Assembly (NCBI GenBank): GCA_036388595.1
Contig: DASVRN010000110.1
Span: 8,953-72,952, forward strand
Source: Chloroflexia bacterium
Lineage (GTDB): Bacteria > Chloroflexota > Chloroflexia > QHBQ01 > JADMIH01
DNA: 64,000 nucleotides
Reading direction: 5' to 3'
Below, piece by piece: positions 21,069 through 29,984 of the stretch. Position 1 is the stretch's first letter. Every line of letters starts with the position of its first letter. The notes beneath the pieces were generated by a model. It made no database searches and was not told the DNA's origin. It saw only the letters and a list, made by a program, of their open reading frames with translations. A program made the translations under genes and the position numbers.

Positions 21069-21899
21069 ATGCGTTGCGGTTTCGTGATCCCCGGCGGTGA
21101 CGTGGGCACGCTGGTAGAGGTCGCGGTGGAAATCGAAGCGGCGGGGTGGGACGCTGTGTTCGTAGCCGATATGGTCTACGGCACCGATCCCTGGGTGTCG
21201 CTGGGGGCTATTGGCGCTCGCACAAGCCGGGTCAAGCTGGGTACGCTGCTTACCCCGGTGTCCCGCAGGCGGCCCTGGAAGCTGGCGAGCGAGCTTGCGA
21301 CCCTCGACAGGCTCACCAACGGCCGCGCTCTGCTAGTGGCGGGGCTGGGGGCTATCGACACCGGCTTCGACAGAGTAGGTGAGGCTACCGACCGCAAGGT
21401 GCGCGCCCAACTGCTCGACGAGGGATTGGACCTGCTGGCACACTTCTGGAGTGGCAAGCCGTTCAAGTACGAAGGCGAGCACTACAAGGTGGACTGGGGC
21501 AGCGACTGGCTTTATACCCCGGTGCAACAACCACGAGTGCCCATCTGGGTAGTCGGGGCGTGGCCGAAGCTAGCCACGATGCGCAGGGCGGCGCGCTGGG
21601 ATGGCGTTGTAGCCAGTACGGTGACCGAGGACAGCTCTTTTGTACAGCCCTCGCCCCAGGAAATCAGGGCGTTGAAGTCGTTCATCGAGGAGGCGCGTGA
21701 TGGCAACGGCCGGACCGGCCCATTCGACATTGTAGTGGAAGGTCTGACGCCCGGTGACGATCCGGACAAAGCAGCCGAGGTCCTGGGGCCGCTGTCCGAG
21801 GCCGGGGCCACCTGGTGGATAGAGAGCATGTGGACCGCGCCGGGCGGCATGGAGGCGGTGCTAGAACGAATCCGGCAAGGCCCGCCGCAGGTCAGGTAA
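21069..21899 (+). CDS. LLM-class (luciferase-like) flavin/F420-dependent oxidoreductase
   Basis: Luciferase-like monooxygenase TIM-barrel pattern (AAGWDAVFVADM...SRVKLGT...GRALLVAGLG). Confidence 0.8.
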   Translation: MRCGFVIPGGDVGTLVEVAVEIEAAGWDAVFVADMVYGTDPWVSLGAIGARTSRVKLGTLLTPVSRRRPWKLASELATLDRLTNGRALLVAGLGAIDTGFDRVGEATDRKVRAQLLDEGLDLLAHFWSGKPFKYEGEHYKVDWGSDWLYTPVQQPRVPIWVVGAWPKLATMRRAARWDGVVASTVTEDSSFVQPSPQEIRALKSFIEEARDGNGRTGPFDIVVEGLTPGDDPDKAAEVLGPLSEAGATWWIESMWTAPGGMEAVLERIRQGPPQVR

Positions 21900-21967
21900 T
21901 ACGGGGTAGCTCGCTAGCAACTGGGGCCTACGTGCAAACTGCTACGTCTGCGGGATACTATCCCCTT

Positions 21968-22184
21968 TGTCATTCTGAGCGTAGCGAAGAATCTCGTCCT
22001 CCAGCACCCAAATAGCCCCTTTCCTTTTGCCAGCAACGTACTGTGGTGCTACACTGCCTCACTGCCTCACTGTTGCAGTGTAGCACTGCTGTAAGGGTGC
22101 TATGGTGCTACGGTGCTGTGGTGCAATAGAAAGGGGTAACATCTAGGTGTAGGGCGAGATTCTTCGCTGCGCTCAGAATGACAA
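21968..22184. repeat. REP/BIME-like inverted-hairpin element, copy B (type 1 arms) with nested internal inverted repeats
   Basis: The arms TGTCATTCTGAGCGTAGCGAAGAATCTCGTCC and GGGCGAGATTCTTCGCTGCGCTCAGAATGACA lie between convergent genes. Confidence 0.8.
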
Positions 22185-22238
22185 GGTCCACCTTTGGCTC
22201 CTTGTTTCTACACCTTGCAGATAATGCCTAGCCGGGTA

Positions 22239-22727
22239 TCAAGTACCGGGGTGGTGATTTTGCCTGTGACTTTCTATGTCAGCTAGCAGGCCCGTATTGC
22301 GCTCGATGAGGTCGTTAGCGATGCGGCGGAACGTCTCACGGCGCTCGGTTTCGTCCCTTATGCTTGATGGGTCGGGGTAGCTCCAGTGGAGTTGTGCCGG
22401 TTTGCCCGGAAAGACGGGACATGCCTCCCGCGCCTGGTCGCAGAGGGTCACAATGTAGTCGAAGTCTTGCCCCAGGAACTCCTTCAGGTGCTTTGATGTG
22501 AGGCCCTCCGTGCTGATGCCCAGGCTCTCTAGAGTGCTGATAGCCTCAGGGTGCACGCGCCCTGGCTCGCTGCCCGCGCTGTAAGCCCTCACCCTGTCGC
22601 CAGCCAGGTGCCGCAAGGTCGCCTCGGCCAGTTGCGACCGCGCGCTGTTGTGGGTGCATAGGAAGAGCACTGTAGCCGGGGCCTCACGGTGCGGTGGTTG
22701 GCTATCCTGTTCCGCGTTGCTGTTCAT
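22239..22727 (-). CDS. arsC: arsenate reductase of the LMW-PTP family (thioredoxin-coupled ArsC)
   Basis: CX5R P-loop LFLCTHNSARSQ, a distal Cys pair and a DPS motif. Confidence 0.75.
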   Translation of the reverse strand: MNSNAEQDSQPPHREAPATVLFLCTHNSARSQLAEATLRHLAGDRVRAYSAGSEPGRVHPEAISTLESLGISTEGLTSKHLKEFLGQDFDYIVTLCDQAREACPVFPGKPAQLHWSYPDPSSIRDETERRETFRRIANDLIERNTGLLADIESHRQNHHPGT

Positions 22728-22906
22728 GTTGTGGGCCCTCCTGTGCCGGCCTTCTTATCATCTTAGCCTGAGCCAGTACACATGCCTTGCCAGACCCATT
22801 TTAGGACTGGCGCTTGCGGTGGTCAAGTCAGCCTCTCTGTCCTCTTTGTGGCTAGAGGTCATCTCACAGAAAGGGATGAGGAGATGAGCACCCAAAGTCT
22901 GCCTCT

Positions 22907-23362
22907 TGTCATTTCGAACGTAGTGAGAAATCTCGTCCCTTATCAGGATGTTACAGCTTTCCTATGGGACTCTGTTGCTGAAGGACGAGATTCTTCGCTA
23001 CGCTCAGTACCTAGCTAACGAAGGAATGTCAGCTAATACAGGCACATCAGGTGGCAGCCGACGCCCCACGATTGAAATCGGGGGCTACACTTTACCAAGT
23101 CCCACAAGGGGACTCTCCTCTACCCACCTACTCTCTAGAAAGCGGTCCTGATGCATGAAGGCAGTCCCGTAGGGACTTTGCAACGTGTGTAGCCCCCGAT
23201 TTCAATCGTGGGGCGTCGCCTGGCACCACACGTGGCTTCATGGGGCTTCTCACACGCATGGTGCCCTGTTGGCTGACATTCCTTCATTAGCATGGTACTC
23301 AGAATGACAAGATGGGTTTTGGGTGCTGAGGAGCGAGATTTCTCACTGCGTTCGAAATGACA
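22907..23362. repeat. composite REP/BIME-like element (type 2 outer arms) interrupted by a nested ~290-bp MITE
   Basis: Outer arms TGTCATTTCGAACGTAGTGAGAAATCTCGTCC and GAGCGAGATTTCTCACTGCGTTCGAAATGACA. The inner type 1 arm is split into CGCTCAG|...|TCAGAATGACA by an insertion. Confidence 0.7.
23008..23295. mobile_element. nested MITE-like insertion with ~25-bp terminal inverted repeats (TACCTAGCTAACGAAGGAATGTCAG / CTGACATTCCTTCATTAGCATGGTA) and a probable TCAG target duplication
   Basis: It interrupts a REP-like arm. The flanks reconstitute the uninterrupted arm sequence. There is no coding capacity. Confidence 0.5.
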
Positions 23363-23495
23363 ACGGCGGGGCTTTGTCGCCCGTTGTTGCGGCGGATATT
23401 TATGAGATGGCTTCTGGTGTCACTTTGCGCCATACCTATTGACAAGCCAGAGAAAGCGCGCTATTATTTAGCCAGCTAAGTATATTGGGTGGGAG

Positions 23496-23924
23496 ATGAA
23501 GCAGTTCGAGGACAAAGTAGGGTATCTGCTCGCGCAGGTGTGCAAGGCTCACAGGCAATGCGCTGGTGTGGCCCTCAACGAGCATGGCGTGCACGTGGGC
23601 CAGGAAATGATCCTCATGCAGCTTTATTGCCAGGAGGGCATGCCGCAGTCCCAGCTTGTGGAGGCGCTTGGGGTGGAGCCGCCAACCGTGACCAAGATGC
23701 TGCAACGGATGGAGGCGGCAGGGTTGGTCGCGCGGAGGTCGGACCCCGAAGACGCTCGCGTATCGCTGGTCTACCTGACGGAACAGGGCAGGCAAACCGA
23801 GCTTCCCGTGACTCGCTCCTGGGAGCAACTGGAAGAGCGATTTGTCGCCGGTCTCACCGACATGGAAAAGGCCTTGCTGCGCCGTCTGCTGATGCAGGTC
23901 CTGAACAACCTCAACTCACAATAA
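23496..23924 (+). CDS. MarR-family transcriptional regulator
   Basis: Winged-HTH MarR pattern (QEMILMQLYCQEGMPQSQLVEALGVEPPTVTKMLQRMEAAGLVAR...DARV). Confidence 0.8.
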   Translation: MKQFEDKVGYLLAQVCKAHRQCAGVALNEHGVHVGQEMILMQLYCQEGMPQSQLVEALGVEPPTVTKMLQRMEAAGLVARRSDPEDARVSLVYLTEQGRQTELPVTRSWEQLEERFVAGLTDMEKALLRRLLMQVLNNLNSQ

Positions 23925-24019
23925 CATCCCGGCACTCCCTCGCGGAAGGCAAACTCGTGAGGGCTTCTTATTACCTTATAGTTTGCCGACTAAGCAATAT
24001 ACAACAAGGAGAACGTGAA

Positions 24020-24463
24020 ATGGCAACTCAAAATATGACCCTCGACAGGCAGACATACTCGATAGCGGATATATTCAAGGCGGCCCTGGTGGCGGTGGCG
24101 GTCGGTTCGGCGGCGAACATTGTGTTGTGGCTGCTGGCGGTAGGGTTGGGGCTGGTGCCCGGCGACTTCTGGGTGTTGCAGCCGGTCTCAATCGTCGCCT
24201 CGACCCTGGCATTCACTTTGGTTGGCGCGGTCGTGCTGGCGGTGCTGACACGGGTCAGCCGCAACCCTATGCGCACCTGGCGGATAGTAGCAATAGTGGG
24301 GCTGGTCCTATCCTTCTCCAACCCCTTCATGCTTCTCACAGGCAGCATGCCCGGCTTCCCGGTGCCCACCGCCTCGACTGTGGCCGTCATGCTCCTCATG
24401 CATGTCATAGCGGGGATTTCGGCCATCTACTTCATGACCAATATGCCGAAGCCACGAAGCTAG
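24020..24463 (+). CDS. four-TM membrane protein (DUF6069-like), co-transcribed with marR
   Basis: ATG at 24020. Four hydrophobic helices. Confidence 0.5.
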   Translation: MATQNMTLDRQTYSIADIFKAALVAVAVGSAANIVLWLLAVGLGLVPGDFWVLQPVSIVASTLAFTLVGAVVLAVLTRVSRNPMRTWRIVAIVGLVLSFSNPFMLLTGSMPGFPVPTASTVAVMLLMHVIAGISAIYFMTNMPKPRS

Positions 24464-24622
24464 GTCTTGGGTCGTAACACCGCACAGATACGACACTGGC
24501 AACTTGCACCGCAGAGACGCAGAGAGCCTGCCCTGAGCGAAACCGAAGGGACGCAGAGGGTGCGCAGAGATAAGGTAAGGGTTTAGCGGCTCTATTAGGA
24601 TGCGTGGTACCCTATTCCCCTT

Positions 24623-24756
24623 GTCATCCTGAGCCGTTGCGAAGGATCTCAGATGCCACGCCCACCGCTATTTGGAACCTTCCGCACCAGTGTGCCTCAC
24701 GCTCAACAGCACCCCTCCCCAACTTCTTGAGATCCTTCGCTGCGCTCAGGATGACA
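24623..24756. repeat. REP/BIME-like inverted-hairpin element, copy E (type 3 arms TGTCATCCTGAGCC...GAAGGATCTC)
   Basis: Inverted arms. It is itself flanked by inverted GCAGAGA-type heptamer arrays at 24508-24578 and 24836-24862. Confidence 0.75.
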
Positions 24757-24979
24757 GGGGGTGGGTTGATCCCTGGTAATGGCACATAGGTGCAAGCCTC
24801 CGCTTCCTCCACAAACCCACATCAACTCTGCGTAACCTCTACGCTCTCTGCGTCTCTGCGGTGAATAATCTTTTCCCGCTCCCGTGTCTATACCGACCCA
24901 CTATATGTGCTGACACGTGTTGGCCCAGCATGTATAATAGGGCGGCATGTAGGGTACGTACTAGTGGAGGCCTGAACCC

Positions 24980-25495
24980 TTGGACGTCGCTTCAGTTGTG
25001 ATACGTGAAGCTCGCACCTCAGATGCTGCGGGGTGCCTTGATTTCCTGCGCGAGATTACCGCCGAACCTGACATCCTGATTCCTGCCTACCCGGACGAGT
25101 GGGACTTCCCTGTGCAGGATGAAGAGGCTTTTATCCAGGACATGCTGGCTACGCCCAATTGCCTGATGCTGGTCGTGGAAGCCGAGGGGAGGATAGCGGG
25201 CATCCTGACCTGTCACGGCGGCAAGCGGCGCGCTGTGCAACATGCAGTGATGCTCGGTATCTCGCTACACAAGGACTACCGCGACCGTGGACTGGGCCAC
25301 CAGTTGATGCAACGCGCTATAGATTGGGCCGGGGCTACCGGCATCACACGTATCGAGCTATTTGTTTACGTCGAGAATGCAAAGGGCATCCACCTGTATG
25401 AGAAGTTCGGCTTCAAGGTCGAAGGCCGCCGCACCCGTGCCTACTACCATCATGGTAGGTACATAGACGACCTGGTTATGGCGCTGTTGCTTTAG
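24980..25495 (+). CDS. GNAT-family N-acetyltransferase
   Basis: The acetyl-CoA-binding motif region (RGLGHQLM...GITRIELFVYVENAKGIHLYEKFGF) is present. Confidence 0.8.
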   Translation: MDVASVVIREARTSDAAGCLDFLREITAEPDILIPAYPDEWDFPVQDEEAFIQDMLATPNCLMLVVEAEGRIAGILTCHGGKRRAVQHAVMLGISLHKDYRDRGLGHQLMQRAIDWAGATGITRIELFVYVENAKGIHLYEKFGFKVEGRRTRAYYHHGRYIDDLVMALLL

Positions 25496-25660
25496 ACGAT
25501 GGACGATAGACGATGGACGATGGGAGACCAAAACGCAAAGACGCAAAGAACGCAAAGGACGCGCAAAGAGGATTGTTGTTGGGAAGGGTGCTGACCTCTA
25601 CTCAGTCCTCAGTCCTCAGTCCTCAGTCCCATCGTCCATCGTCCATCGTCCATCGTCCCC
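25496..25660. repeat. STRR-like heptamer tandem-repeat hairpin array: (GACGATG)n ... (CCTCAGT)4 (CCATCGT)4
   Basis: Tandem 7-mers. The outer arrays are inverted complements. A conserved core GGATTGTTGTTGG sits between them. Confidence 0.85.
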
Positions 25661-25676
25661 AAAGGAGACTTACTAG

Positions 25677-26678
25677 ATGAGAATTGCCCTGGATGCAATG
25701 GGGGGCGACCACGCTCCGCTCGAGACGGTGAAGGGGGCTATCGAGGCCGCGCGGGAGTACGGCATCGAGGTGGTGCTGGTGGGGCAGGAGGCCGCTATCC
25801 AGGCTGAGCTTGCTAAGGTCGATACATCGGGTCTCAAGCTCACGATTGAGCCTGCCGCCTCCGTCATCCCGATGGACGAGCACCAGCCCTCTACGGCGTG
25901 GCGGCGGCAGCGCGATTCGTCTCTCACCGTGGGTTTGCAGTTGCTGGCCGACCGCAAGGTGGACGCGCTCGTGTCGGCGGGCAACACCGGCGCTGTGGTG
26001 TCGGGGGGCACGTTCGTGCTGCGGCGCATCGAGGGCATAGACCGTCCCGCGCTGGGGGTGCCGTTCCCGGCGATGGGCGATATAGGCAAGATATTCCTCG
26101 TGGACGTGGGGGCTACCCCTGACGCCAAGCCCCACTACCTGCTTCAGTGGGCGCGCCTCGCCTCCATCTACATGGAGCGCGTCTACGACGTGAAGAACCC
26201 GCGCGTGGGCCTTGTATCTAATGGTGAGGAAGAGATCAAAGGCTCGGAGTTGGTGCGCGAGACGTTTCCGTTGTTGCAAAATAGCGGCCTCAACTTCGTG
26301 GGCAACGTGGAAGGGAAGGACGTGCCCAACGGCGTGGCCGACGTGGTGGTGACCGATGGCTTCACCGGCAACGTGCTCCTCAAGACCACGGAGGGCGTCG
26401 CCAAGATGATCTTCGACCTGCTCCGCGCCGAACTGACTTCGAGCATGTTGAGCAAGCTGTTCGCCGCCGCCCTGCGTCCCAACTTCCGGCGCATAGCCTC
26501 CCGCCTGGACTACGCCGAGTATGGCGGCTCTATCGTCATGGGCGTGGACGGCCTGCTCATCAAGCCGCACGGCCGCTCCAACGCCAAGGCGATCAAGAAC
26601 GCCATCCGCGTAGCCAAAAGCGGGGTCGAGCAGGACGTGATGAGCATCTTCCGCCAGGTGGGGGCTGCTGGACGATAG
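25677..26678 (+). CDS. plsX: phosphate acyltransferase PlsX
   Basis: Full-length PlsX (MRIALDAMGGDHAP...SAGNTGA...GVDGLLIKPHGRS). Confidence 0.9.
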   Translation: MRIALDAMGGDHAPLETVKGAIEAAREYGIEVVLVGQEAAIQAELAKVDTSGLKLTIEPAASVIPMDEHQPSTAWRRQRDSSLTVGLQLLADRKVDALVSAGNTGAVVSGGTFVLRRIEGIDRPALGVPFPAMGDIGKIFLVDVGATPDAKPHYLLQWARLASIYMERVYDVKNPRVGLVSNGEEEIKGSELVRETFPLLQNSGLNFVGNVEGKDVPNGVADVVVTDGFTGNVLLKTTEGVAKMIFDLLRAELTSSMLSKLFAAALRPNFRRIASRLDYAEYGGSIVMGVDGLLIKPHGRSNAKAIKNAIRVAKSGVEQDVMSIFRQVGAAGR

Positions 26679-26825
26679 GAGACGGAAACGCCAAGACGCA
26701 GAGACGCCAAGGCCGCGCCAAGTTTAGGATTGTTGGAAAGAGTGCTGCCCTGTACCCTCTACCCACTATTCAGTCCTCATCACTGCTATCGTCCATCATC
26801 CATCGTCTGCCCTCTATCGTTCTCG
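26669..26825. repeat. STRR-like heptamer hairpin array (GACGATA/GACGCAGAGACGCCAAG ... CATCGTC) with a GGATTGTTGG core
   Basis: Same architecture as 25496-25660. The two arrays bracket plsX. Confidence 0.75.
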
Positions 26826-26947
26826 CCGCACTACGGCGATGATGTGCATGCCCCCATCTAAAGCTCCCGGCTCCTTGCAGTAGTCTAGCTCCCATGCGAG
26901 GAGAGTCTGCCATAGTTGGGGTCGTACTTCTCGGTCATATGGTGGTG

Positions 26948-27346
26948 CTACTTTACCCCAGCTTTGGCGGGCATTCGGTGGGTAGACGCGGCTTCCAACA
27001 GGCGGCGCACGGCTGGGCGGGCCAGGTCTTCGGGCGTCGTTATCTTGAGGTGCCGGAAGAGCTTGCCGGTGCCCTGTAGCAGTCCCTCCGGGTCGGGTAG
27101 CTCGCTCCCGTAGTTGAAGCCGAGGTCTATGTGGCTCTTGTGCACGCTGATGTAGCAGAAGTGCTCGGTCATCTTCTTCGGCCCCACCCCGTAGCCAGCG
27201 AGTCGCTGGCGGGGCCACGGCACCTCAACGACGTCCGGCATTACGTCTCTGATCAACTCCCTCGCTTGCAAGGCAAGGTCTCGCACTTTGGGAGTGGAAT
27301 CCCCGAGGACTTCGTTGAAACCCTCATCGGATAATGGATAGCTCAT
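26948..27346 (-). CDS. DUF1801-domain protein
   Basis: 132 aa starting MSYPLSDEGFNEVLGD, 6 nt after GGAGGG. Confidence 0.55.
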   Translation of the reverse strand: MSYPLSDEGFNEVLGDSTPKVRDLALQARELIRDVMPDVVEVPWPRQRLAGYGVGPKKMTEHFCYISVHKSHIDLGFNYGSELPDPEGLLQGTGKLFRHLKITTPEDLARPAVRRLLEAASTHRMPAKAGVK

Positions 27347-27479
27347 ATTTGTTCCCTCCATAACCTGCGTCTGCATGAACTTGCATCCCATTATAGAGGT
27401 TGCTTGCCGCCAACGCCTACAAAGTGCTACCTGCCCGCAGCAAAGTAGTGCGCCTGAACTATGAGTACCATATTCCCCC

Positions 27480-27620
27480 TGTCATCCTGAACGCAGTGAA
27501 GGATCTCAGATGTTCCTCTTATCGCTGCGGTGAACCTTCAGCACCCCACCTTTGTTGCTCAAGGTTCGACGCGATCCGTGTGCCACTTTCTTGAGATCCT
27601 TCGCTACGCTCAGGATGACA
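27480..27620. repeat. REP/BIME-like inverted-hairpin element, copy F (type 3 arms TGTCATCCTGAACGCAGTGAAGGATCTC)
   Basis: Inverted arms between divergent genes. Confidence 0.75.
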
Positions 27621-27741
27621 GGGGGGAGTTTGGTCGCTGCTATCCGACGGTGACATAGCCCTGGCTGCCTCCGTGGTGCTTTGCCTGCATCGCTTCCGGG
27701 GTGTTATAATAGCCGTTGGCTCTCCAGGAGCCTGCTCAACC

Positions 27742-28803
27742 ATGAAGATACTCTCTGTTGTAGGCGCACGGCCCCAATTTATCAAGGCTGCTCCCGTGAG
27801 CCGGGCCATGTCGAGGGCAGGGGTCGAAGAGGTGTTGTTGCACACGGGCCAGCACTACGACCCTGCGATGTCCCAGGTCTTTTTCGCGGAACTGGACATT
27901 CCGGCCCCTCGCCACAACCTGGGAGTAGGTTCCGGCTCTCATGCAGGCCAAACGGCTGCCATGCTGGTGGGCATCGAGCAAGTGCTGCTGGACGAAAGGC
28001 CTGACTACCTGCTGATATACGGCGACACCAACTCCACGCTCGCCGGGGCGTTATCGGCGGCGAAGCTGGGCGTGCCGGTGGCCCACGTCGAGGCGGGGCT
28101 GCGCTCCTACAACCGTGCCATGCCGGAGGAAATCAACCGCGTGGTGGCCGACAGCCTCTCGCACCTGCTCTTCTGCCCGACAGCCGTGGCCTCGGCCAAC
28201 CTGCAACGCGAAGGCATCACGCGCGGGGTGTTCGTGGTCGGTGACGTGATGTACGACGCTATACTCGACTCTCTGCCACGAGCCGAGGCGATTGCTCCTT
28301 CGCTCCTGTCGCGGATTGGGGTGGAGAGCGGCGGGTACTTGCTGGCGACGGTGCACCGGGCCTCTAACACCGATGACCCGCGCAACCTGGCGAGCATAGT
28401 AGGGGCGCTGAGCGACTCGGGCGGGCCTGTGGTCTTCCCGGTGCACCCACGGACCCGGAGAGCGCTGCAACAGGCAGGCGTGGTCCCCGGCGAAAACGTG
28501 CGGCAGATAGACCCGGTGTCGTACCTGGAGATGGTGGCGCTGGAGAAGCACGCCCGCAAGATACTCACCGACTCCGGAGGCGTGCAAAAAGAGGCGATGT
28601 GGCTGGCGGTGCCCTGCATCACCATGCGGGATGAAACCGAATGGGTGGAAACGGTGGAACTGGGTTGGAACACCCTCACCGGCACCGACCCCGCCCGCAT
28701 ACTGGCAGCCATCCAGGCCCCGCGCCTCCACTCTACCCCGCCCGACGTGTACGGCGATGGACACGCGGCGGAGAACATTGTGAACGTGATATGCAACGCG
28801 TAA
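27742..28803 (+). CDS. wecB: UDP-N-acetylglucosamine 2-epimerase (non-hydrolysing)
   Basis: MKILSVVGARPQFIKAAPV...HTGQHYD...HVEAGLRS. Full length. Confidence 0.85.
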   Translation: MKILSVVGARPQFIKAAPVSRAMSRAGVEEVLLHTGQHYDPAMSQVFFAELDIPAPRHNLGVGSGSHAGQTAAMLVGIEQVLLDERPDYLLIYGDTNSTLAGALSAAKLGVPVAHVEAGLRSYNRAMPEEINRVVADSLSHLLFCPTAVASANLQREGITRGVFVVGDVMYDAILDSLPRAEAIAPSLLSRIGVESGGYLLATVHRASNTDDPRNLASIVGALSDSGGPVVFPVHPRTRRALQQAGVVPGENVRQIDPVSYLEMVALEKHARKILTDSGGVQKEAMWLAVPCITMRDETEWVETVELGWNTLTGTDPARILAAIQAPRLHSTPPDVYGDGHAAENIVNVICNA

Positions 28804-28885
28804 CACGTAACACGTAACTCGTAACGCGTAACATCGAGGTGTCATTCAGGAATTACGAGTTATGCGTTACGAGTTACGAGTCACC
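28796..28885. repeat. STRR-like heptamer hairpin array: (CGTAACA)n inverted against (GTTACGA)n
   Basis: It overlaps the wecB stop codon and lies between wecB and the aminotransferase gene. Confidence 0.8.
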
Positions 28886-28902
28886 AAGGAAGGAAACAAG
28901 CC

Positions 28903-29982
28903 ATGATTAACATAGCCCGGCCCATGATAGGGGAGGAGGAGAAGGAGGCAGTGATGGCCGTGCTCGAATCGGGGCAACTCGCCCAGGGGGGCGTGGTGGC
29001 CGAGTTCGAGCGGGCCTTTGCCGAATACTGCGGGGTCAAGCACGCGATTGCCACTAGCAACGGCACTACCGCTCTGCACGTTGCCCTTCTCGCCCATGAC
29101 ATAGGGCCGAGCGATGAAGTGATCACGGTGCCGTTCACGTTTATCGCCTCGGCTAACTCCGTGCTCTACACCGGGGCAAAGCCCGTATTTGTAGACATTG
29201 AGCCGGACAGCTTCAACATCGACGTGGACCAGGTTGAGGCGGCCATTACCCCGCGCACGAAGGCGATCATGCCGGTGCATTTGTATGGCAACATGGCCGA
29301 GATGTCGCGCCTTATGGAGATAGCGGAGCGGCATGGCCTTGTCGTGATCGAGGACGCTGCCCAGGCGCACGGGGCCGAAGATGGCGGGAAGCGGGCGGGT
29401 AGCTGGGGCACGGGCTGCTTCTCCTTCTACCCGACCAAGAACATCACCACGGGCGAGGGTGGTATGATTACCACCGACGACGACTGCGTAGCCGACAAGG
29501 CCCGGCTGGTGCGCGGACATGGCATGCGCGTGCGCTACTACCATGAGATGCTCGGCTTCAACTTCCGCATGACCAACATCCACGCCGCGATAGGCATGGC
29601 CCAACTCCCCAAGCTCGAAGGCTTCAACGCCCGCCGCATGGAGAACGCCGCGTATTTGAGTGAGCACCTGCCTTCAGACAAGGTGCGCGTGCCCACGGTC
29701 CGGCCCGGCACCCGCCACGTCTTCCACCAGTACACGGTGCGCATACTTCCACCTCTGGACAGGGACGACGCCCGCAAGCAGCTTGCCGAGGCGGGGGTGG
29801 GCAGCGAAATCTACTACCCGGTACCCGTCCACCAACAGCAGTTCTACATGGAGCAGGGCGATTGGGGCACCTTCCCCGTGTCGGAGCAGGCCTGTCGGGA
29901 GGTGCTGTCCCTCCCAATTCACCCCGGCCTCAGCCAACAGGACCTTGAGACCATAGTTGACGCCGTGCGGAGCCTGGGCTAA
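28903..29982 (+). CDS. DegT/DnrJ/EryC1/StrS-family PLP-dependent sugar aminotransferase (WbpE/PglE-like)
   Basis: MINIARPMIGEEEKEAVMAVLESGQL...ATSNGTTALH...FSFYPTKNITTGEGG (the Lys in YPTK is the PLP-binding residue). Confidence 0.85.
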   Translation: MINIARPMIGEEEKEAVMAVLESGQLAQGGVVAEFERAFAEYCGVKHAIATSNGTTALHVALLAHDIGPSDEVITVPFTFIASANSVLYTGAKPVFVDIEPDSFNIDVDQVEAAITPRTKAIMPVHLYGNMAEMSRLMEIAERHGLVVIEDAAQAHGAEDGGKRAGSWGTGCFSFYPTKNITTGEGGMITTDDDCVADKARLVRGHGMRVRYYHEMLGFNFRMTNIHAAIGMAQLPKLEGFNARRMENAAYLSEHLPSDKVRVPTVRPGTRHVFHQYTVRILPPLDRDDARKQLAEAGVGSEIYYPVPVHQQQFYMEQGDWGTFPVSEQACREVLSLPIHPGLSQQDLETIVDAVRSLG

Positions 29983-29984
29983 CG

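Noticed and set aside
24604-24812. Small ORFs inside the REP/BIME-like elements (for example FAALRMTGG, VILSAAKDL peptides)
   Set aside because: They arise from the conserved repeat arms on both strands. The arms covary to keep base-pairing, not codons.
25496-25660. A possible CRISPR array, because of the short regular repeats
   Set aside because: The units are 7 bp and contiguous with no spacers. No cas genes are present. They are STRR-like microsatellite or hairpin arrays.
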